A program made the position numbers and the translations under genes. This document shows positions 54,691-64,000 of a DNA stretch of 64,000 nt, piece by piece. How positions within the stretch are numbered: the stretch's first letter is position 1; each line of letters begins with the position of its first letter. Source of the stretch: Hypanus sabinus. Lineage: Eukaryota. The DNA lies in NCBI RefSeq assembly GCF_030144855.1, contig NC_082706.1, positions 149,172,001 to 149,236,000 on the forward strand. The letters run 5' to 3'. The notes below the pieces were generated by a model. The model was given only the letters and a program-made list of their open reading frames with translations. It had not been told where the DNA came from and did no database searches.

Positions 54691-55873
54691 CCATCATTAA
54701 CCATGACTGGATCATAACATAATAATCATCTAAGCTGATTTTGGCATAAGGGGGCTAACATATTTGGGAACCTCCTATTCTATTCAAACCCCTTTATCTT
54801 TCATTTTATATTTTCTTTCAATACTCTTTGAACAGGTGCCTCTGTCATGTTGTTAACAGACCTGCTATCTTATCAATGAATTTTGTCTTCATCTTTCCAG
54901 TTAGAAATGTACAATTGGATAGTATCAGTGACTAGATTCTCAAACTTTTTGTCATTTGTGTTCCCATAGGTCGTTGGTAACGATAATTATGTACCTGACT
55001 TGATGTATTCAGAATGATCCCTATTACAAACAATTCAGACAGTTCTCTCATTGTCTCCAGTTTGCACTCCAGCTCAAAGATTAGCCTAGCAAGGATGAAG
55101 TCTGAGACCACTCCAGATGTCCAGACCTGAACATCAACAGTTTTATTGTTCATAGACCCCATGTTACAATCCTGACACAGCACTCTGCAATCCAAATCAT
55201 TAATGTAGCTGGCAATGTAGTTGATATGGTTAGTCAGTTTGTGGATGACACCAAAACTGTTGAGAAAGTGTATGGCGTAGAAGGTTATTTAAGATTAAAA
55301 TGCGACCAACAGAGGAAAGTGGGCAAAAGAATGGAGTGGATGATGACAATATATAAAAGTTGGCACTTTGGCCAGTTAAACCTGGCCTGTGCTTGCCAGT
55401 AAATGACAGGGTGATGGAGAGTGCTGTAGAACAGAGGGATCTTGGGGTCTTAGTACATAGTTCTTTGAGAGTGTAGATTGGATGGTGAAGAAGGCATTTG
55501 GCATATTTGCTTTCATCGATCAGAACACTGAGTACATGAGATAGGACGACATGTTACAACTTTCCAAGTCATTGGTGAGAATACACTGGGGTACAGTATC
55601 ATGTGCACTGCTAGTCATCCAGCTAGAAGGAGGATGTCATTAATCTGCAAAGGGTGCAGAAGAGATGCGCAAGGCTGTTGCTGGGGCTGGAGAGCTTGAG
55701 ATATCAGAAGAAACTGGGATTGCCTTTTCTGATTGCTTTTTCATTTAAGAGACCCTAGAGCAACTTCTTCCATACCGAAGGTGGGCAGTAAGTGGAATGA
55801 ACTGTCAGAGGCAAGTGCAATTACAACATTTAAAGGACATTTAGACAGATAAATACATAGGAAAGATTTAAAG

Positions 55874-55952
55874 TAGGGGTTCCCAATCTAGGGTCTGTGG
55901 ACCCCTCAGTTAATGGTGGGGGCCAATGTATAAAGAAATTTGGGAACACCCG
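55874..55952. mobile_element. 79 bp hAT-type MITE inside a decayed CR1 3' end
   Basis: TIRs TAGGGGTTCCCAA / TTGGGAACACCCG; perfect 8 bp TSD ATTTAAAG (55866-55873, 55953-55960). Confidence 0.85.
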
Positions 55953-56219
55953 ATTTAAAGGGATATGAGCCAAGTATAGACAATAGGACTCATTCAGGTA
56001 CACTACTTGGTTGTATGGATGAGTTGAGCTGAGTGGCCTGTTTCCATGTTCTGTAACTCTTTTGTCGAAATTCCAGTTATTTTCTCCTCCTTTAAAATTT
56101 ACCCCATAAAGGCATCTTTTTGATCACAGTAGAGGTTTGTTTCTTGTTTTTGAAGACTTTCACTATGCACACCCTAAATGCAAATTGCCTGTTTTGACTG
56201 ATTTTATTTTTTCATTTAA

Positions 56220-56490
56220 AGATGCAGCATGGAATAGGCCTTTCAACAAGTGCCACCAGCTACCCACCTATCTTAACCACAGCCTAATCACAGAACAATC
56301 TACAGTTGCCAATTAACATGCTAACGGGTACGTCTTTGGACTGTAGGAGGAAACAGGAGCACCCAGAGGAAATCTACACATTCCATGGAGATGACATACA
56401 AACTCTTTACATAGGACGCTGAGATTGATTTTGATCTCTGAAGCCCCGAACTGTAATAGCACAAGCTAACTGCTGTGCTACTGTAGCACC
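56220..56490 (-). mobile_element. tRNA-derived V-SINE (HE1-like)
   Basis: Same core as 9335-9605. Confidence 0.75.
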
Positions 56491-57239
56491 ATGATTTGAT
56501 ACCACAGGAGTGGAACCCAGTGTGGTCTTCTGCTGCTGTAGTCCATCCACTTCAAGGTTCAACGTGTTGTGCATTCAGAGAGACCCTTCTGCACACCACT
56601 GTTGTAACATATAGCTGTTTTTTTTGGGGTTTTTTGCACTATTCTCTGTTAACTCCAGAGATTGTTGTGTGTGAAAATCCAAGGGGGCCAGCAGTTTCTG
56701 AGGCAAGACAGCCCTGCCTGGCACCATTGTTGGATTCTGATGTTTTAATTCTAGCTTCTTTTCTGAGGTTAGAAAGAGGCACAAAACCTGTCACTTAATG
56801 ATTGTCTTATTAAACATTGATAGAAGAAAGGAAAGTTGAAATGGGAGAGTGATTGAGGTCTGCTATGCAAAAGAAGCTAGAAAAGCTCTAAATGACTAAG
56901 ATGGCACTGGTCTTGTCAGCTCAAGTTCCATTCAAATATGTAGATAACAGTTAGCCAATGAGATACTCCCTATTCAAATAATGCAATACCAAGAGTAGCT
57001 TCCAGAATCCCACCAATATAACCATTGGGGACACTGCATTTGCATATACAAACTGTGACCACCAGGAGACTCACTGAATGACTGAATATACACATTATAA
57101 TCTCTAGGAGGCATGTTAAACTGTTACATGCGGAAAAGAGCTACTTAAAATACAAGCAGATAATTAATTGTTAAATTGCAAAGAAAATAACTATTAAGCA
57201 GTTGAATACAACACCAACAGTAATTCCATGGTCAGTCAA

Positions 57240-57397
57240 TTAGATCCTATTTCTTACCCATTCTGATGTTTGGTCTGAACAACAACTGCCGCTCTCAACT
57301 ATGCATGTTTTTATGTATTGAATTGCTGCCACATGACCTGTGGATTAGTTATTTGCATCAATGACCAGGTGCACCTAATAAAGTGGCCACTGAGTGC
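57240..57397. mobile_element. Tc1/mariner-like non-autonomous element end
   Basis: Ends in CACCTAATAAAGTGGCCACTGAGTG, resembling a Tc1-type TIR. A related internal fragment may lie at ~56500-56730. Confidence 0.5.
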
Positions 57398-57507
57398 ATT
57401 TTGATATTGAATTGATTACATGGAAAGTTTACAAATGTAATTGCTGTAGAAGTACAAACAGTAAATTATGTATTAATCCAGATGGTTTTTGCTTTCTTTT
57501 GGTACAG

Positions 57508-57699
57508 ATATGCATCAGTGTTGGATTGATGTTTTATGTTGTGCACAGGGCACACACTGAATTGGATGCAGCCATTCTAGCCTGCCAGATGGAGCTGAAG
57601 ACTTCGTTGATCAAAGGTGGTCACCCAAATGGAGCCAGCTTGACATTCTGTAATAAGAGGACTTCAGCACTGACAAGTGGCGGAATTAATATTGTGTGA
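57508..57699 (+). CDS. TMEM64: Transmembrane protein 64, terminal coding exon 3 (63 codons + TGA)
   Basis: Polypyrimidine tract and GTACAG|ATA acceptor. Encodes ICISVGLMFYVVHRAHTELDAAILACQMELKTSLIKGG...SGGINIV*, matching the TMEM64 C-terminus. Confidence 0.95.
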   Translation: MCISVGLMFYVVHRAHTELDAAILACQMELKTSLIKGGHPNGASLTFCNKRTSALTSGGINIV

Positions 57700-60600
57700 A
57701 TGAAAATTGTACACATGGAAGTGTAAACCTGTCAGTACTAATTTAGGTTGTTAGAGGCTAATGCCTAAGTGTTATACTTCAGTAGGTATGGCTTCACACA
57801 ACTGCTTTAACAGTGCAGAAAGTAAAAGAATGGTATTGATACCTAAAATAGAAAGATTCTAATGAAAACCATTCATGGTGGAGTATAGTTGCTGGAAAAA
57901 ACAAGTGAGAGATCATCTTGATAAAAAAAAATCAAAAATAGTAATAAATTGGTAACTGAACCCCATATTCTGTTCAGCTGTCATTTTTTTTGAGTTGTGT
58001 AAGGATACAGGATTTAACAACTGGCTTTCTCACTAAAGAGGTAAGGAAATTTGCCTCTGGTCTCTTGGACTGTTGTTAATGGAAGTCATTTTCCAAACCA
58101 AAATTATGCAAAGTGGTGTAGTTTTGGAAGTGCAAAATTTTGCACTCTTGTACACTTGGCATTGCAGTGTATCGAGTAACGTGGTCTCTCACAGATGCCT
58201 GAGTGTCAAAGGGGAGGAGAAAAGAACAAAAATGCTTTGTAGATCTGGAGAATGAAATGAACTGTAAAAGGATGCATAGATTACAACAATAGACTTTAAC
58301 TTCACTACATTATCATCCTCCTAGGCTACCCTTTTTGATTGATTCCTCTTTGGTGGGTTCTGAGGATAATGTGCAACCTACAGAATCTGCCAAAGGTACT
58401 AGAAGGTAAAGCACTTCTACCATTTTTCTTGAGCATCTGTTCTTGATGTTATTCTAAATGCTTTTTCTCTATTTTAAGTGACATGGGCAGGGATTCCAAG
58501 AGTTGGTGAAGCTGTTACAGTTTCAAATTCTTAAAACTCCTCTTCAGTTTGTTTAGTTTTGTTTTGATAAGGCAGAGCTCATATACCTCTGTGTTGGAAT
58601 CTGGTGTTGATCATGCGAACAATGTGGCCTGTCATTAAAGCAACACAAATGTAAGCAGACCCTCAATGTTGCTGTTGTTGACTGGGAGAGGACTGTGACA
58701 TTGGTTTGCTTCTTCTGCCAATATACTTGATGAATTTTAAGGCAGTGTTGGATGATGCCTCTTCACGCTGTGGCTTAGAAAGATGTAGGAAACAGGAATC
58801 ACTACTACCTGTTAGACTAACCATAGTGCCACATTTGAGAACTGATCTTCTCAGGTGGCCAAAAGCTGTGCTCATGCACTAAAGGCCAAGATATATTAAG
58901 TCACTCATGTGTACCTTTGCTGATAGCTGACTCCCTGATGAATAGTCCATTTTTTTCCAGCATAGCGAAACTTTATTGTCAGAGAGCAAAATAGTTCAGG
59001 AAGGATATGCTGATAGAGGACCTTTGCTTTAAAGATGAATGAACCAAGTTATCATTCTTTGCAACTCATGCATTATATCTTGAAATGGTAATTGTTACCT
59101 GTCCACAATCATGTATTTCAATATATTCTCTCAATCAATCATAACCAACTCTCCTCATGCCTTGATTGGTGCCTTAGCTCAGGTTTACGCCCTAGTTTTG
59201 TATTGAAATAGATTATTTTAAAAATTACTGACAACCCTTCATATCACCATCACTCTTTTCCAAGACCCCTTATAATAACAAGTTTTATCAATTAATGCTT
59301 TTTATTCCACAACACAAGATCTAAGATGAACTTTCCCAATTAGTTTCTCAACATGCTGATCTAGAAAAGTATCTCTTATAAATTCCATTAATTTGTCTTC
59401 CACCTTATTACAGCAAATCTGATTTGATGTGTTTGCGTTTCAGTTATAAAATGTCCCATGCTTATTGCATTACCTGTCACATGCACCTCTAATTTCCTGA
59501 TTTACGACACGTGCAATATCACAACTACTATTTCATCATTACAGCTACATTTTTCTATTTCTTAACTTGGCCCAAATCGATTTCAGTTTGCATCACGATC
59601 TGTCAGCGAAGATCTTTTCTCACCACTGAGATGATCTCCATTTTTAATTGTATCGCAAGTTTACCCTTTAGCCTTGCAACTTCTATATGACAGAAACCTT
59701 GGGTATTTAATTTCAAATTTTGGTCACTCTGCAGCCAAGCTTCCATTGAGACAAAGTCATCATATATCCATGTTTATTTTGATTTAAGCCATTAATTCAT
59801 TTATATAGTTGCAACAGCTCCAAGTATTCAGATATTGTATCTTTAATTTTATTACTTTAATAGCTTCCCCGCTGCTCAAATTTGTTTTTGCAGCATAATT
59901 TGCTTACTATTCTGAAGTTTCCTTCCAGCTTTATTTCTCTCCTTTAGACCTTCCTATCTCCCTGCTAAGCAAACACTCCAAGTAATTGGGAAAGCTAACA
60001 AATTTATCACCTTTGGCTGGGAGAATTGAATGCAAAAGTATGCTTTAGTTATATAGAGCTTGGTGGGAACGCAATTGGAGTGCTGTATTTTTAATGAGTC
60101 TCCTCATTTAAGGATGCGAATGTGCTACAAGTTTGGAGAAAGTTTTCTACATTCGTCTCTGGAATGGATGGGTTGTCTTGTGAGGAATAGCAACATAGAG
60201 CATGCTTGCATTTGTTGGAATTTAGACGATTGAGAGGAACCTTGATAGAATATGTAGATGTAAGGATGTTTCATTTAGTGAGTGAATTTAGATCTGTTTA
60301 AAATAAGAAGTTGCCCATTTAAGGTTGGATGGATGAAATATTTTCTGAGAATCATCTGTTTGGAACTCTTCCCAAAGGGCATTGGAATCTGTGCCTTTAA
60401 ATATTTTTTTAAGGTAGAAGTAGATTTACTAAGCAACAAAAATGGATGGGTTGAAAGGAATGCATTGTTAAAATTGCATCAGATTAGCTATGATCTTTTT
60501 AAATTATGCAGCACGTCTAATGAGGTCATCTGATGACTCCTGTTGCTAATTAATGATTTCTATTATAGATTTATTTTTTATGGTTTCTCAGTCAGGCCGT

Positions 60601-63600
60601 GAAATAATTTATCAAATACCACTCTCTGGATCAGGAGTATTGCTATAAGGTCTTGTGCTTTTCTTGGAAAATTCTGATTATAACAAAATAATGCTTCAAG
60701 ATTTTTAGGATGAGGATTCCTCCAAAATTAATATCTTCTGCTATCTTTTTGCATCTAGGAGCATGAAGTTACTTAGAAGCAGCAACTTGCATTTGCTGAC
60801 CCTTCAGGGTCATACTTGGCCTGATCTGTTGTTGTTAAGGTTGGACCATATGCACTAATGACCATAGCATGTTGGTTTTGTGCTAGGGCCAGAAGCAAGT
60901 GTCACTTTTCCCACGGGGGGAGTCACTCGGACTAGATTGTTCTTAGCAGCAAAAACCATTCTGTTGAAGATAGTGCTCCCTTTTCTGTTTGCCCTACTTA
61001 AGCTGTGCTTTGAGCTGGTTATTTCCTGTCCATTATGTTTCACCTCAAGTTGGTGACATCATTGTAAAGCATGAAATATCTTTGGTCACGGAAAAAGGAG
61101 CAACATTTGGATCATCACTGGTAATGTTGTCCATAATGTTCAGAATCTATTGAGAGTGAAGGTTACCTGACTATGATATTTTAGTGTGGGATGGTCACTG
61201 CATACCAACAGACTGGATTTAACAGATGGAGATCTTGATCTGCGGTTACTAGCTCCAAAATCTTAGGCAAGGCTCTTTTGCAAGAATTATAGCACTGTTA
61301 TTAGGTGAAAGTGTGTACAAGTGCCTGTCAGTGTGTGTTCACATGGAGGCAGGCTCACACAAAGATGTCCTTGCCCATTGCCAACTCCTTACTTTCTTTT
61401 CTACCTATTCCTTGAGCCCTTTGTCTCTGAATTTCCTTACATTCCATGTCCACAGCCCTGTAATCTTCTCCCTCTCAATCCGTCTTTCTCTTTCACCTAG
61501 TCACTAGGGTCTCTACATTTCTTGAACTCGCTTCCCTTCTACCACTTTCCTGTAACCCACTACTCTAACTACTCCCTGTGTATCTTCTCCCATGTCCAAT
61601 AGTCCCCCATCACTCTTCAGCCCTATCAAGCAATCAAAGTATCTTTCTTGAGATTGGTTAAACTTTGCACATTGTTTTGCTGACCAAGTAAGCTCCATCT
61701 TTAAATTTATTTCTATAATTGAATTGCATCTTTCTAAATGAGGAGTAGCCCAAATGACCATGGTACATGGAACATGCACTTTAGTTATATATACAGTATT
61801 TTAATATTATACTATAGATTCCTAAAGGTTGGCAACAGCAATGATCTCTAAGTACAAGTTCACATTGTTATTCAACTGTTGAAGCAGTTATTATTGAATT
61901 AGGTTAATATACTATTTTCTAAATAAATTATTCTGCACAATGTAGTTAACATATTAGTCTAGAGACATTTATCTATTAATGGTTATCCATTTGAACCAGA
62001 TCGGAGTGGGAACATGATACACGTGATCATTCTCCCTCCTGTTCATCAAAACAAAAAAATAAAAATGCAATCACAAAGTAATGTTTTTTTTTGACCTATG
62101 CCAGTTTGCATGGGTTCAAGATGTACCATGCATTTTCAAAAGTGTGTGTGTGTTTGTGAGCAGGTGAATGGTTTTGAAGCTTGCCTAAAACTAATGAGTT
62201 GTACATGTTAATTTCCTAAAGCTTTTTGTTACTGTACTATGTGAATGTTTTAGTAGTAAGGGGTTAATTTTGATGTATTAATCACCATATCTTGTAAGTA
62301 TAATCCCTTCATTATGAAAGAGGTCTGCCAATTCTCAGCGGCATGTCCACTTCTGCAAGGATGCTTGTACCCAGCATTTGAAATTAGTTGTTGAAATACT
62401 AATACATCAAAACTAGATTCTTGTTGCCAAAAAAATCTTCACACAAGTAGACAGTGAAATTTGAAAAAAAAAAATCCTGTCCATAAGAAGCTAATTACTT
62501 GACGGGCCAACTATTTTCCTCAAATGGGTTTTCAGATATCGTGTGATGTTTGAAGTTTTGTTTAAATTGACAGGATGGGAAATATTTCATGTTAGTTTTG
62601 CATCCCATATGAGACAAAATACAGGTAATGGCTCATTTTAGTTTCAGAACCATTACTTTAAACAGCAAATTTAATACCAAATGTGTTAATGAATGCCATA
62701 TTAAATATCAGATGCTACAAGTTTTCTGAACAGATACTTCAAATAAAGGTTTTTTTTTGTTGCTCTGGGTCAGGCTGTTTCTCCTGGTGGTGATTTAATA
62801 GCCACTTTATTTACAGTTCATAATGTAATGATATTTTTATGTTGAAACATATTTTCAGTTTACAACTACCATTAGTACTTTTTATTATAACTTGGATGCA
62901 TAATGGGTATTGGAATTGATAAGCATGCTATTCTAGCTCAATTAGCTGCACATGAATTTATTTTTATTTGACATGTACATTACATTTGGCAATTGAACCA
63001 TTCAGAGTTTTTTCAAAATTTACTCAGGATTGTGTGGCAAAACTAAACAGTGGTAGTGAATGCCTGAAGTAAAATGTACTGTGTAGTTGCGAAAATATAT
63101 TTTAGGAATAACTTGAATCCTGTTATAATGGGCATTCTGGATTTGTATCATTCTGATCTGAATTGCGATAAGAGAGTAAAACATATATCTGGTTATGCTT
63201 TGTAAATTGGGGGTGCAGATGTCATCAGTTAAGTAAATTTGAAAACCATGTATTAAGTGTATGCTTTTTCAAAATGTTCTTAAAATCTTATTTTGCATTT
63301 GAACCAGATCATCAATAAGCTAATCAATGAGGTATACATCCTCTCTAAAGAATGTTTAGTTGTATTAAGTTTTAAAAAAGCACACTATAAAGAAATATAT
63401 TTTTACCTAGTTTCCTGTTTGCCTCTATCAGTGAAACGGGTATGGAACCAATATAGCTGAGAATTTGAAATGTTGATTACATGTTTTTTTATTGTAAACA
63501 AATGTAAATTATAGCTGTGACTTCTCTTAATAAACAAAGTTGAATTTATGCAAAAAGTTATCTAACTTTTGAGTGGCAATCTCACTATGATGGACAATTT

Positions 63601-63920
63601 GATGTATGTAAATTGAATCACCATTTATATTTGTTGGAAAAGTATTAAGGTTTTAAAATTTGAATTCTGCTTGCTGAAACCTTCGTATATTGGTGCAAGG
63701 CAATAATGTTTAATAGTGAAAATATAATGTATGCAGTATATAGAGTTTCCAATAATCAGCTGCAGACAGTTGCTTGATAAATTTGTAGAAGTGTCATCTT
63801 AGTTGTTTAAAGTTTTGTGTGAATAACTTGCATCAAGGCTTTGATACTTATGAACTTTACATTCACAATGCCAGTATGGAATCACAAGAATAAAAAGCAT
63901 ATAGAAGTTTAAATTGTATT
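57700..63920 (+). other. Probable long 3' UTR of TMEM64 with several candidate poly(A) signals
   Basis: AATAAA at 57943, 61922, 62058, 62742, 63529 and 63889; the distal part is AT-rich with few recognisable repeats. The true 3' end cannot be determined from sequence. Confidence 0.4.
59980..60560 (+). mobile_element. Old degenerate CR1 3' fragment downstream of the stop codon
   Basis: Decayed LYRA...QLEC, LEFRRLRG.LIE motifs. Confidence 0.55.
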
Positions 63921-64000
63921 ATATATTCTAAATAGTGGTTCCAATTCCATAATGTTTCTCAAATGGCAGTTTCAATACTCCCCTTATTGTTATGACTTGT

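Overview
Vertebrate genomic DNA; the repeat landscape (CR1 LINEs, HE1-like V-SINEs, Penelope-like elements, Rex1/Babar-like LINEs) suggests a cartilaginous fish. The window holds one complete protein-coding gene on the + strand, TMEM64 (DedA/VTT family membrane protein). It has a CpG-island promoter, three coding exons (1088-1786, 43653-43808, 57508-57699; 348 aa, both introns phase 0, GT-AG), a 41.9 kb intron 1, a 13.7 kb intron 2 and probably a long 3' UTR. The introns are full of nested transposable elements. The most notable is a very young, nearly intact 4.5 kb Ty3/gypsy LTR retrotransposon (37613-42087, - strand, identical 212 bp LTRs, 5 bp TSD) that has no tRNA primer-binding site. In its place is a 16 nt sequence perfectly complementary to the LTR segment ending in the poly(A) signal, in the right polarity for self-priming. 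Its RT motif reads YLDN instead of YxDD, and a single frameshift splits pol. Also present: Penelope-like elements with minimal hammerhead ribozyme motifs and a fold-back insertion, a Helitron helicase fossil missed by the ORF track, three Buster/Charlie-type hAT elements including a 79 bp MITE, a solo LTR, a truncated tRNA-Trp-primed gypsy element, and a duplicated copy of the exon 2 splice-acceptor region. There is one 397 nt assembly gap. All calls were made by reading the sequence; no searches were run, and boundaries of old repeats are approximate.
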